A stretch of 63,447 nt of DNA, the filler included, from Reclinomonas americana ATCC 50394 (Eukaryota): assembly GCA_048213135.1 (NCBI GenBank). It is 6 parts of one record of this genome, joined end to end, with 100 filler letters (N's around TTAATTAATTAA, not from the genome) between each part and the next. Parts side by side here need not be neighbours in the genome. Positions count along the whole stretch, not along the records: positions 1 to 8,614 come from PS015028.1; positions 8,715 to 29,683 come from PS015028.1; 4 more parts are not named here. One strand, written 5' to 3'. Of this stretch, positions 1 to 11,420 are shown piece by piece. The notes below the pieces were generated by a model, which ran no database searches, was not told the origin of the DNA, and saw nothing but the letters and a program-made list of their open reading frames with translations. Within the stretch, counting starts at the first letter, position 1. The number at the start of each line of letters is the position of its first letter. The translations under genes were made by a program, and so were the position numbers.

Positions 1-122
1 CGCTCCACCACTTGTGGGTAGTAGTGTATGCCAAACGCCGAGAACGACGGTGGAGCGGGGGCTGGTGAGGAGGTGGCCGCGGCCAGGGCGGAGGCCTGGA
101 GATGGTTGGGAGGTCAGGCGTG

Positions 123-470
123 TGTGAGAGGGAAGGAGGGGGAGGGAGAAGGAGGGAGGGAGGGAGAGGGAGGAGGGGGAGAGGGAGAGGGAGAGGGAGA
201 GGGAGAGGGAGAAGGAGGGAGGGAGAGAGGGAGGGAAGAAGGGAGGGAGAAGGAGGGAGGGAGAAGGAGGTAGGGAGGGAAGAAGGGAGAGGGAGAGGGA
301 GGAAGAGGGAGAGGGAGGGAGAGGGAGAGGGAGGGAGAGGGAGAGGGAGGAAGAGGGAGGGGGAGGAAGTGGGAGAGGGAGGAAGAGGGAGGGAATGGGA
401 GGGAGAGTTGGGAGAAAGATAGGTGAGGGAGTGGCAGTGGGGACAGGAGCAAGTGCGAGACTGGGGAGAG
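123..470. repeat. Polypurine (GGA/GGAGAG)n low-complexity tract, followed by (CT)n at about 556-582
   Basis: Nearly pure G/A run visible directly; the G/E/R- and P/S/L-rich ORFs over it are repeat translations. Confidence 0.9.
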
Positions 471-1216
471 AGAATGAGAAAAGAAAAGATAAATTGAATA
501 GCAGGATCGCCGGTCCCTTCCCCTGCCCCCTCAACTCCGTCACTCCTCAACACATTCTCTCTCTCTCTCTCTCTCTCTCTCTNNNNNNNNNNNNNNNNNN
601 NNNNNNNNNNNNNNCAGAGATTGTCAGTTAATCTCTCTCTCTCTCTTGTGTGAGAGTGTGTGTGTGAGTGCAGGAGAGAGGGCGTGGGAAGGAGAGAGGG
701 TGTGTGAATGAGCAAAGGAGTGATTGGGTGAACAAGTGAGAATGAATGAGTGAGTGAGACAGTGCGTCTGTCTCTCTGTTTCTCTCTCTGTGTGTGTATG
801 TGTGTATCTGTGTGTACGTGCATGCGTGTGAGAGAGAGGTTATGGAGAGGTCGAGCGAATGAGAAACGATCGACTGTGTGTGAGAGTGACCATGATTGAG
901 TGAACGTGTGAGTGTCTGTGTGTGACCCAGTGCGTCTGCGTATATCAGAGTGTGTGTATGTGTGTGTCTCTCTCTCTTCAAAAGAGTGCTCTCTCTCACT
1001 CTCCCCACAAACGAGTGTTCTTTCTGACTGAGTGTCTGTTTGCGTTTGTGCTCAAGAGATGTGACACACGTGATGAGAGACTGACGAGAGTGCGCGTGTG
1101 TGTAAGCGTGTGAGCAGAGAGAGAGAGTTGGAGAGACGAGAAAAAAGTGTGAGTGGCACATGGCGCGCACAAACGAACGGTCGGTCGCCAGTTGTCAAGA
1201 GCACTCACACACACAC

Positions 1217-1406
1217 CAAACACGCTCATTGGTGACTGTTCCTCTCTTCTCTCTCTCACACACACAGACACACAGAGTGAGTGAGCAGTGTGTGTCACCT
1301 TGGTATCATCGAGAGGCAGACTGTCTTCCAGGTTCTCATTCTTGAGACCGAGAGTGCGTTGCAACGCTGAGAAACTCAGAAATTCGTGATCAGCGTCCGA
1401 GTGCAT
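1217..1406 (-). CDS. 5' exons of a hypothetical protein running left into microsatellite-rich sequence
   Basis: ATG at 1406, 36-codon exon MHSDADHEF...LDDTK ending at AAG|GTGACA (1298), then a 19-nt exon 1235-1217 flanked by CAG and GTGTGT; later exons could not be resolved. Confidence 0.35.
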
Positions 1407-1556
1407 GGCGACTGCCTTTCTTTGTAACACACACACACACACACACGCACGTGGGTGTGTGCGCACACACAGAGAGAGAAACACACACACGTGCACAAAC
1501 ACACGCGAAGAGAAACGATCGGTCGGTGGATCGGATGGACCGTCGATAGTGGAGAC

Positions 1557-1955
1557 ATGAAAGCGGTGCTGGCAAAGGTCAATTCCAACTGCGCGTACAA
1601 TGTCGGCACAAGGTAGTACGTGATGCGATACTTCTTGGTGCTTGTGCAGTTGCGGGATCAGAGCTGTGAATTTGACTTCGCGAATTCTGTGGCCGCGGGA
1701 TCGCAGCGGTACCCCGGTACCGCGGGGTACAACTGCAATTGGAAAGGCTGCTGCTGCCTCGTACTCGTGGAGCAATGCCCTGTCGCGGTGGTGGCGGTGC
1801 GCAGAATATAGATATCGGTCGAACGAATTTCCGGTCGCGATAAATTGCAGAGCTCCGACATCGATTTCTACCACGGCCAGCTGCTGCAACAGGCATTATC
1901 TTCAGGATGCAATTGGGCCCAGTCATCTGGTTGTTGCTTGTTAGCTGGAGAATGA
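1557..1955 (+). CDS. Putative small (about 78 aa) cysteine-rich protein, 3 exons
   Basis: Exons 1557-1577, 1650-1760, 1851-1955 join via GT-AG introns to MKAVLAK|LRDQSC...YNCNWKGCCCL|SSDIDF...GCNWAQSSGCCLLAGE*; an alternative frame is also open. Confidence 0.35.
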
Positions 1956-2012
1956 ATCGCGCACGCTGGCAAATGCGTTTCCACCTCCGATATCTCACTT
2001 GCCTCATCGCCT

Positions 2013-3233
2013 TCACTCCCCTCCCCCCCGGTCCTCGGCCTCCTGTGCCTCTGCCGCTCCAAACACCCTCTCCATCTCCTCCTCGAGCACGCGACGATCA
2101 AAAATCTCCGCGTCTCTGTTGTGCTGCACGCCATCGACGCCGACACAGAACAGCACTCGCTCCAGCTTGCCTTCGCGATCGACCTCCTCCAGGAAGTGCT
2201 TGGTGCACTCGAGAGCAATCCGCGTCGCCTCCACGATGGGGTAGCCGTAGAAACCGACGCTGAGCGCCGAGAACACCACCGAGTGCACGTCGGGCGTCTC
2301 CATGGCACGCGCAAAGCAGTTGGCGTACGTCTCCCGCAGGAGGCGCTCTTTTGGTCGGCCCTCTTCGTCCAGATACGGTGCCACGGCGTGGATTACGTAT
2401 CGGCACGGCAAGTGGCCAGCCGGCGTGATCACCGCACCGCCGTCGGCTGCATGTGTGGCAAAGTGAGCATGCAGCGCGAATCGATCACAGACGTGGGAAC
2501 AAGAGACGCACGACATCGTTCGCGGAACTCAATGTCGCCAAGAGTGTACTGCACCGCAGCGACGGAGATGAGAGGGCACAGCAATCGCGACGATCACCAC
2601 CGGCTCACACGCAAAGACGAACCACCAATTCTCCGGGCAGCTTGTGATTCTCGTCTTGCAGCACCTGTCCCGCCACCATGTGGATCATGCCATCGAAGCC
2701 GCCACCGCCCAGTCTGTGCATTCTCGCTCAGTGGCCGCGATCCGCACTTCCCCTTCTCTTCCCTTTTCTCGCTGCGCGCAACAACGCCTCATTGGCCGGA
2801 TTGACAACAGCATCGGCGTTGATCGCAAACAGATCGCCGGCAAACACGCCCACTCGCACCCGCGCGTTCCAGAGAGGCACCTCGCGCACCTCTCGCACCA
2901 CCACCACATACAGCGTCTCATCGCGTCGCACACGCTCATCGTCCTCATCGAGCGGCGCCGCCAAAATCAGACCACGCTGCATCGCTCGCTCGCTGTGATC
3001 GCGTCGCGACTGCACACACACACACACAAGTGAGAGAACAAGAGACACACACATGGAGAGCGAGCAGCGACGTGCACCAGTCGCAGCTCACAGCAGCCCG
3101 ACACCGATTGCATCAGTCGTCGACGGACGACGCCCACTTGCAGCTCCTCATCGTCGTCGTCCCACTCCACCAGTGGCGCACGCGTCAACAACGAGCCGTC
3201 CTCCTCAAAGCCCGTGACGTGCACAATGCGCAT
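2013..3233 (-). CDS. Macrodomain protein (MacroD/YmdB-like ADP-ribose hydrolase family), about 5 exons
   Basis: Spliced product has GDLFAINADAVVNPANEALLGGGGFDGMIH, GGAVITPAGHLPCRYVIHAVAP and SVVFSALSVGFYGYP motifs. Confidence 0.9.
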
Positions 3234-3472
3234 ACGTAAGTAGTTTCTCCGGCGATCGCTCGCGAGTAACACAAATTGTGAGTGTGTGAGCCGGAGAACA
3301 CGCGCAGCGACTCTCTCTCTCTCTCTCCCCTCCCCCCCCACACACACTTTTTCTGCGTGTGTGCCTCCACGCACACACGCACACGCACACACGCGCGCGC
3401 ACACAGTGAGTGTGCGGGTTTCGTTTTGTGTGTTTGTTTTCGACACTTCGGACGATGTTGCACAATCGGACG

Positions 3473-6400
3473 ATGAGAGATGATGAGGCGGAGGATGCCA
3501 AGAGCAGGNNNNNNNNNNNNNNNNNNNNNNNNNNNNNNNNNNNNNNNNNNNNNNNNNNNNNNNNNNNNNNNNNNNNNNNNNNNNNNNNNNNNNNNNNNNN
3601 NNNNNNNNNNNNNNNNNNNNNNNNNNNNNNNNNNNNNNNNNNNNNNNNNNNNNNNNNNNNNNNNNNNNNNNNNNNNNNNNNNNNNNNNNNNNNNNNNNNN
3701 NNNNNNNNNNNNNNNNNNNNNNNNNNNNNNNNNNNNNNNNNNNNNNNNNNNNNNNNNNNNNNNNNNNNNNNNNNNNNNNNNNNNNNNNNNNNNNNNNNNN
3801 NNNNNNNNNNNNNNNNNNNNNNNNNNNNNNNNNNNNNAGGAACCTGCGCTCCGAGTGGCGACTGGTGATGCTGCTGCTGCTGTGTGTGATGCATCGTCAT
3901 CATTGCAGTTCCGGGCAGGTGCTGTTGTTGTTGTTGTTGTTGAGATGCATTGACCCAGACAGTGGCGGCCGCCGGAACATGATGCGCTGCGGGGGTATAC
4001 ATGCCACTGCTGCTCGCAAATGGAGATGCAGATGGCACCTCTCCTCCTCCTCCTCCTCCGTGTGTGGGTGCAGCAGCAGCAGAGGCAGCAAGCGAAGATG
4101 CGGCGGCAGTGGTGGAGGAGGTGACACTGGCGTGGGAGGAAGACGCGGCGGAGCTTGAGGGCACGCGAGATGGTGGGACGAACGGCGACGCCATCATTGT
4201 GGATGACTCCATTGCTCCTCCTCCTCCTCCTCCCAGTGCTGCTGCTAGTGCGGGCGTCAATGCAGCCGANNNNNNNNNNNNNNNNNNNNNNNNNNNNNNN
4301 NNNNNNNNNNNNNNNNNNNNNNNNNNNNNNNNNNNNNNNNNNNNNNNNNNNNNNNNNNNNNNNNNNNNNNNNNNNNNNNNNNNNNNNNNNNNNNNNNNNN
4401 NNNNNNNNNNNNNNNNNNNNNNNNNNNNNNNNNNNNNNNNNNNNNNNNNNNNNNNNNNNNNNNNNNNNNNNNNNNNNNNNNNNNNNNNNNNNNNNNNNNN
4501 NNNNNNNNNNNNNNNNNNNNNNNNNNNNNNNNNNNNNNNNNNNNNNNNNNNNNNNNNNNNNNNNNNNNNNNNNNNNNNNNNNNNNNNNNNNNNNNNNNNN
4601 NNNNNNNNNNNNNNNNNNNNNNNNNNNNNNNNNNNNNNNNNNNNNNNNNNNNNNNNNNNNNNNNNNNNNNNNNNNNNNNNNNNNNNNNNNNNNNNNNNNN
4701 NNNNNNNNNNNNNNNNNNNNNNNNNNNNNNNNNNNNNNNNNNNNNNNNNNNNNNNNNNNNNNNNNNNNNNNNNNNNNNNNNNNNNNNNNNNNNNNNNNNN
4801 NNNNNNNNNNNNNNNNNNNNNNNNNNNNNNNNNNNNNNNNNNNNNNNNNNNNNNNNNNNNNNNNNNNNNNNNNNNNNNNNNNNNNNNNNNNNNNNNNNNN
4901 NNNNNNNNNNNNNNNNNNNNNNNNNNNNNNNNNNNNNNNNNNNNNNNNNNNNNNNNNNNNNNNNNNNNNNNNNNNNNNNNNNNNNNNNNNNNNNNNNNNN
5001 NNNNNNNNNNNNNNNNNNNNNNNNNNNNNNNNNNNNNNNNNNNNNNNNNNNNNNNNNNNNNNNNNNNNNNNNNNNNNNNNNNNNNNNNNNNNNNNNNNNN
5101 NNNNNNNNNNNNNNNNNNNNNNNNNNNNNNNNNNNNNNNNNNNNNNNNNNNNNNNNNNNNNNNNNNNNNNNNNNNNNNNNNNNNNNNNNNNNNNNNNNNN
5201 NNNNNNNNNNNNNNNNNNNNGTGGTGCGTTTATTGGCGCACACACACATGCATGCATGATTCGTTGCGCTGAAAAAATTCTCTCACTCATATCACGCTCT
5301 CTCTCTTCGCTCAGTCGCCGATCGATGCGGTGCATGCGAGCGGCGTGAGCCCTGTGACGTCAATGCCAACGAGTGTGGCTGTGTCGGCGGCGTCACCGGC
5401 GTCGTCATGGTCGTCACCGCAGCTTTCGAATCCGTCGATGATGATGATGCACACGCCGTTGATGCCGACTCCTCCGCCAGTGTCGCATTCGCCACCGCAT
5501 ATGCAGCATCAACCGCCGCCGCCGCCGCCTCCGCCTCCGCATTACTCATCGCCGCCGTCATCAACGGCTGCATTTGCGGTTCCGTTATCGTCGCCGCCGC
5601 CACCGCCTCCGCCACCCGCGGCGACTATGACTCCGGTTGCTGCTGCTGCTGCTGCTGCTGCGGTGACAACGCCGGCACCCACGGCGGCGACGTATTACAT
5701 GCCGATGGAAGGTACCAATCGCTTTCTTTGTACTCGTCACCGTGCGGTATCATCATGTGCTGATTGGGAGAGTGACGTGCGTGCTCGTATGTTCAGTGTT
5801 GGTGCCTGTAATGCCGCCAGAGGGAGGCATGGATGTTGCGTGCATGCTTCGCTGCGGTTCATGGCGTGGCACTGGTGGCGGTGGTGCTTACCGATTGCCT
5901 GCAGGGAAATGAGACAAGCGTTGGCGTGTTCAGTCCGGATGGCGGAACCATCACGTTCAACGCCAGAGACTTTCTCCGCAATGTCATGTTTGTGCAGCGA
6001 TCGGTGTGTCTGTTCTTCTCTACTACTATGGCTTCGTGAGTGCATCGCACTCATCGTTTCTTATCTGTGCAGGGGACACCGACGGCGGCCGGAGTTCCGA
6101 TGCAGGTGCAGGGCGCGTCCGCACCGCGTTTCGTGTTGATGCCTGTCGCTGGTCCACCAGCAGATATGGCGCAGCCACTGGCCGTGCCGCTTGTACCTGC
6201 GTCGGTTGCCGTGTCGACAGCCGCCACTCAGGCGTCGTCGCCTGCAGAATCGCCGTCGAGATCGACCAGGGATACGCCATCACCTGCGGCGGCAACGCGC
6301 AAGGTTCGCCACACTCGGCAGCGCTCCTCACCGGCGGCGAAGGGCACGATTGTGTTTGTGGAGTCGCCGTTGCAGCCGATGAAAAAGACGAAGCCATCAG

Positions 6401-7863
6401 CGCCGCCAACACCGCCAGCACCGAGCAACAAGTCCGCTGAGGCCGGTTCCCGACAGCCAGTCACCCTGAACAACAGCTCGGCGCGCTCTCACAGTCCCCC
6501 GCGCGAGAGCCCCTCTTCCTTGTCTTCGTCGTCTTCATCGCCGGCGTCGTCGGTGGCGCCGTCGCCACACAGCTATGCGCCACCGCAACCACCACCACCC
6601 CCACCGCCACCACCACCACCACCACCACCACCACCTCGTCCAGCGCCACCGGCCAGCGGCCCGTCGCCGTTCTCGTCGTCAATGATGCTCTCGCAACAGT
6701 CACCGGCTATGTCCCCAGCCATGTCACCGTTCGCGGGTCACGCGCAGCCGGCGCCACGGCAGAACACGGAACAACGCCCACCCGCCTCTGAGCTTCCATT
6801 GCCATCGCTGCCGCCGCGGTCGTCGGAATCGCCGCATGAGTCAGAGACAGGCGTGGCGGCTGGCGAGCAACACCAGGCGCCGTCTTCAACTCCGAGCTAC
6901 GATTCCACGAGCGGAGGCCATCGACCACAGGTCGTCTACTGCCTCGACAGGTTTCAGGGTCGCAGCTACACGGAGGGTAGGCGACAGCTGGTGACCGTTT
7001 CCACTGTCCCGTCACGAAGCGGCACCGGTGCCACCACCGTGCTGACGACCACGACAACAACCACCACCACCACAACAACAATGGAACCCAGTGCGTCGTC
7101 GATGCCTGCCACCATCACCACCACTACCACCGCGAACGCCGCCGCCGCCACCGCCGCCCAGCGGCCGATAGTCGCGGACAGACCACCTGTGCCCTTGCCA
7201 GTCAGATCACCTGTGTCTTTGCCGGCCAGGTCAATCGCCGCCGCGCTGCAAATGTCGGCGCGTGCACGCAGCGGCCACAATTCTCCGCCACCCGGGCCAT
7301 ACATCTCCGCCGCACCGGTGCCACTTCCAATACCGCTGCACCCTCCGCAGCCTGCGCCGCCAGAAATGTCGGTGACACCGGCGGAGCCGCCACCACAACT
7401 TCCTTGTCAGCAGCAGTCGGGGATGTCGTCGGCACTGGCTGTGCGCCGCATGTTCAGCGCCAGCCCTGAGCCATCACTGGAGGCAGCAGAGCTGAGCAGC
7501 CATCTGTCGATTCTGATGCCCGACGAGGAGGAGTTTTTGACCATGACCACATCCGAGTTGAACGGAGACGACGTGCCCGGCCTGCACGACGACTGGGGCT
7601 TTTGCCGATCGGAGAGCTGCAACTCATTGGACATCACCGCCAGTGCCACCGCCGGTGGAGGTGGTGGTGGTGGCGGTGGCGGCGGCGGCGGAGTCTCCAG
7701 TAGCGACATGCGTTCTGCACGACGCCTCTTCAAGCGAGGCGCCAGCAGCCTGGCCAGCAGCAGCAGCGACGAGAACATCGACGTCGACGCCGACGTCTTG
7801 CCCGTCGACCGCTCCGTCACTCCACCACCCTTCAAGCGAAGTCGGCTCGGACCAGACGACTGA
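3473..7863 (+). CDS. Large Pro/Ser/Thr/Ala-rich low-complexity hypothetical protein (gapped; contig 3838-4269 probably belongs to it in inverted orientation)
   Basis: Long + strand ORFs 5330-6139 and 6040-7863 with homopolymer runs; possible start MRDDEAEDAKSR at 3473; no domain recognised. Confidence 0.55.
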
Positions 7864-8151
7864 CCAGTCTTCTACCCTCCCTCCAAATATCCTTGTTCTG
7901 CAATCCCGTAATAGTAGCTCCAATCTCCCCCCCTTTGTTATTCTGCGTTGCGAATTCGAAAAAATGAACCACAATAATTACATCAACCGCAGCGGGCGTC
8001 GTTGAAGAAGAAGATGATGGGCATTGAGGACAAGTGCCGCACGGGCATGGAGACTGTCGGCAAGCGACTCACGTCGAGTGCGTCGGAAGTTGTCTTTGTC
8101 CCGGTATGCCAGTTTTCGTTTTTCCGTAATCGTGCGAGAAAAGACCTTTTC

Positions 8152-8614
8152 ATGCGCCATCCGCACTCAGTACTCGGTGGCCTCCTGGCCGCTGTTGGCG
8201 TGGCGCTTCTGTGTCTTGTGGTATACGCAGAGGCGTACCACAAGTACGTGAATCCCAATGTGGATCAACGCGGCCTGCCTCCGACGCACCCCTACTTTGC
8301 CTTGCATCCACTCACACCCAAGGAAGACCTGCTGGGCGACTCCAGCAGCACTGCCTCGCGTCATGCGTACCTCACTCGCCAGCTCCAGCGCGTGCGCGAG
8401 GCCTCTCGTCGCGATCGCAATGGTGCGTGTCAGTACGAGTGCGTCCCAACTCAACGCGTGCTCATTTTCACACACACACAGGTGATGTGCGCTCACTGCT
8501 GGTGTGCGAGGGCGCCACGGTGGTGCCTGCGTGCCCGCGCGACCTGATGATCTCAGTCAAGAAGGCCATTTCGCGGGCGGCCAAGCCCGGCGAGTGTCCC
8601 GTGGGCGTGACTGG
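8152..8614 (+). CDS. Secreted/membrane-anchored protein with SUEL-type lectin-like domain, 5' part
   Basis: Hydrophobic N-terminus VLGGLLAAVGVALLCLVVYAEA; after an intron LLVCEGATVVPACPRDLMISVKKA resembles a SUEL N-half; truncated by a gap. Confidence 0.55.
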
Positions 8615-8714
8615 NNNNNNNNNNNNNNNNNNNNNNNNNNNNNNNNNNNNNNNNNNNNTTAATTAATTAANNNNNNNNNNNNNNNNNNNNNNNNNNNNNN
8701 NNNNNNNNNNNNNN
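8615..8714. other. Artificial 100-nt scaffold linker (44 N + TTAATTAATTAA + 44 N); same 12-mer at 29728, 47877, 57459, 62174
   Basis: Identical six-frame-stop 12-mer embedded in N runs five times. Confidence 0.97.
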
Positions 8715-9054
8715 GAGCTGCTGTACTCGGCGGGTGCGATTGCCGATGCCGAGTTGCACTTTTCCATGTCTCTGGCGTTGCGCTCGGAGAACAATGCACG
8801 AGCGTTGTGGGGACTGGTGGCGGTGCGTGTTTCTTTTTTTTGTCATCTTCACATTGTCGTCCTCCTCTCACCGCTGCGCACAGTGTGACGACAATCCGCT
8901 CAAGCGACCACGGTCGGCCGATATGGTGGCCGCCTGTCGCGCCGCACGCGTCAAGCTTGCCGAGTTGTACCGTGCACAGGCGCCGGCCGCGATTGCCGCC
9001 GTGGTGGCGGACATTGACGGTGACGCAGCAGGTGCGAGAGATGATTCACGGTAG
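8715..9054 (+). CDS. EMC2: ER membrane complex subunit 2, C-terminal part
   Basis: ELLYSAGAIADAELHFSMSLALRSENNARALWGL matches the last EMC2 TPR; one intron, stop at 9054. Confidence 0.7.
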
Positions 9055-9188
9055 TTGCAGCATAGACGGGGTGAAAAGAGAGAGCCGAGTGCACAAACAA
9101 AATCTGCTTCGCTTTACAACACAACAGCCGTCGAGAGACGACTGCAGAAAAGATAGATGGAGAGAAGAGACGCGGAGCAGGCAGTGGC

Positions 9189-9622
9189 TCACTTGTTGTG
9201 GGGGGTGTGCGGCACGCACTCCCACTCGAGCTCGATCGCAAACCTAATGGTGCGATCGCACGGTCCTTTCTCGGGCCGACTGTTGTTGATCTTGCACTCG
9301 TTGAGACCGGCGCAGTTGGTGGTGAACGTCTGCAGCATGTTGACACTGTGCGCGCACGCGTTGTGTGAGCGCCACGGAAGGGGAGAGTGAGAGGGTGACA
9401 ACAAGAGAGGCGCCGCAACTCGCGACAGCCGAGAGGTTGCGTGTTGCGACCGACCGCGCTGGCATACTGGTCGCGGATCTCGTGGAACTTGATGGCGTTC
9501 TCGTACGGGCGCTCGGTGCGCTGACGCAGCCAAAAGTGCGACTTCTCGTCAAACTGATTGCGGAAGCGCTTAATGTCGACAAGCTGCGGCACAGCCGAGG
9601 TGCGTGGCATGGGTCGATCGAA
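9189..9622 (-). CDS. Probable 3' part of the SUEL-like protein, on an inverted contig
   Basis: Last exon VNMLQTFTTNCAGLNECKINNSRPEKGPCDRTIRFAIELEWEC...* matches the C-x-G-x3-C...PC...C pattern of the SUEL C-half. Confidence 0.55.
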
Positions 9623-10487
9623 NNNNNNNNNNNNNNNNNNNNNNNNNNNNNNNNNNNNNNNNNNNNNNNNNNNNNNNNNNNNNNNNNNNNNNNNNNNNNN
9701 NNNNNNNNNNNNNNNNNNNNNNNNNNNNNNNNNNNNNNNNNNNNNNNNNNNNNNNNNNNNNNNNNNNNNNNNNNNNNNNNNNNNNNNNNNNNNNNNNNNN
9801 NNNNNNNNNNNNNNNNNNNNNNNNNNNNNNNNNNNNNNNNNNNNNNNNNNNNNNNNNNNNNNNNNNNNNNNNNNNNNNNNNNNNNNNNNNNNNNNNNNNN
9901 NNNNNNNNNNNNNNNNNNNNNNNNNNNNNNNNNNNNNNNNNNNNNNNNNNNNNNNNNNNNNNNNNNNNNNNNNNNNNNNNNNNNNNNNNNNNNNNNNNNN
10001 NNNNNNNNNNNNNNNNNNNNNNNNNNNNNNNNNNNNNNNNNNNNNNNNNNNNNNNNNNNNNNNNNNNNNNNNNNNNNNNNNNNNNNNNNNNNNNNNNNNN
10101 NNNNNNNNNNNNNNNNNNNNNNNNNNNNNNNNNNNNNNNNNNNNNNNNNNNNNNNNNNNNNNNNNNNNNNNNNNNNNNNNNNNNNNNNNNNNNNNNNNNN
10201 NNNNNNNNNNNNNNNNNNNNNNNNNNNNNNNNNNNNNNNNNNNNNNNNNNNNNNNNNNNNNNNNNNNNNNNNNNNNNNNNNNNNNNNNNNNNNNNNNNNN
10301 NNNNNNNNNNNNNNNNNNNNNNNNNNNNNNNNNNNNNNNNNNNNNNNNNNNNNNNNNNNNNNNNNNNNNNNNNNNNNNNNNNNNNNNNNNNNNNNNNNNN
10401 NNNNNNNNNNNNNNNNNNNNNNNNNNNNNNNNNNNNNNNNNNNNNNNNNNNNNNNNNNNNNNNNNNNNNNNNNNNNNNNNNNNNNNN

Positions 10488-11095
10488 CCAGTGGATCCAC
10501 GACGAGACCCCGAGGCCACGATTGATGCCTCCATTTGTGTGCTCAAGGGATCACATGGACTCGGCGATCAAGGTAACACTCTCACTGACTGACACTGACA
10601 CTCGTTGTCAATGACGCGCTTATGTGGTGGTGGCGGTGTAGTGTGGGATGTGTATGAGCAGCTTGCACTGGCGCTGTTGGATGCGGGCGAGGCGGAGGCC
10701 GCGCAGCAGCTGTATGAGGTGCTGAAAGCGCAGTTTGGAGAGGGTGTGCGCGTGCTGCGGTTGCTGGGCATGCAGCGAGAGGTCATGGGCATGAGGGCAG
10801 GAGAGCAGGACTGTGTGGAGGAGGCGTTGACGGTGTACACGCAGTTGGCGGAGAAGCATTCCGGCGATCCTGTGAGTATCTGAGTCAGAGAGAGTTGATT
10901 GTCTGCTGGCTGGTGCTGATGCGCCTCTGCTGCTGCGTAGACGGGATACAAGCGCATGGTGGCGTGGCATCGATCGTTGGGCATGGAGGCGGCGGCAGTG
11001 GAGGGGTTGCGGGAGTACTTGGAGATGTTTCCTGCTGATGGAGAGGCGTGGGCGGAGCTCTCCGACATGTACGCGCGCCAGAATCGGTACGCCAG
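10488..11095 (+). CDS. EMC2: ER membrane complex subunit 2, middle part
   Basis: LGDQ|VWDVYEQLALALLD...FGEGVRVLRLLGM...KRMVA...LREYLEMFPADGEAWAELSDMY, typical EMC2/TTC35 motifs; two GT-AG introns. Confidence 0.85.
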
Positions 11096-11115
11096 NNNNN
11101 NNNNNNNNNNNNNNN

Positions 11116-11217
11116 CCCATCCGACAACCGATCCTTCTCGCCTGGTGCAGAGGCCACTGCGAAGCCTTGCACTGCTCGCAGAACCTTGCTGTTTGCGCGA
11201 GTGCGCGGCATTGTCAT
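11116..11217 (-). CDS. EMC2: Probable first exon of EMC2
   Basis: ATG at 11217, MTMPRTRANSKVLRAVQGFAV..., open into the gap; fits if the two upstream contigs are flipped. Confidence 0.45.
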
Positions 11218-11420
11218 GTCACACACACGCACACACAAGCGCTCACACACACACACGCGCGCGTGGAGTGACGCAACAGCGCAGTGGTCTTGTTCGGGCG
11301 TTGCCGGAACTCGGCCAACACGCGCGCATATGCGCCTGGTCCGCCGCTCATAAGTGTGTGTGATGAGAGACGAGTGGGACACGTGTGGTGGGACAGTTTG
11401 TGCTTTCCTATCATACCGTA

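Noticed and set aside
28-1170. ORFs over GA/CA microsatellites
   Set aside because: Translations of simple repeats; dinucleotide repeats are ubiquitous in introns and spacers here
1706-1730. Overlapping GGTACC-containing inverted repeats
   Set aside because: Only 8-bp stems in GC-rich sequence; expected by chance
3185-5335. Very long ORFs in the track (716 aa and similar ones spanning gaps)
   Set aside because: They are open only because N runs contain no stops
8659-8670. TTAATTAATTAA repeated five times through the window
   Set aside because: Always centred in a 100-nt N block; a six-frame-stop assembly linker, not a biological repeat
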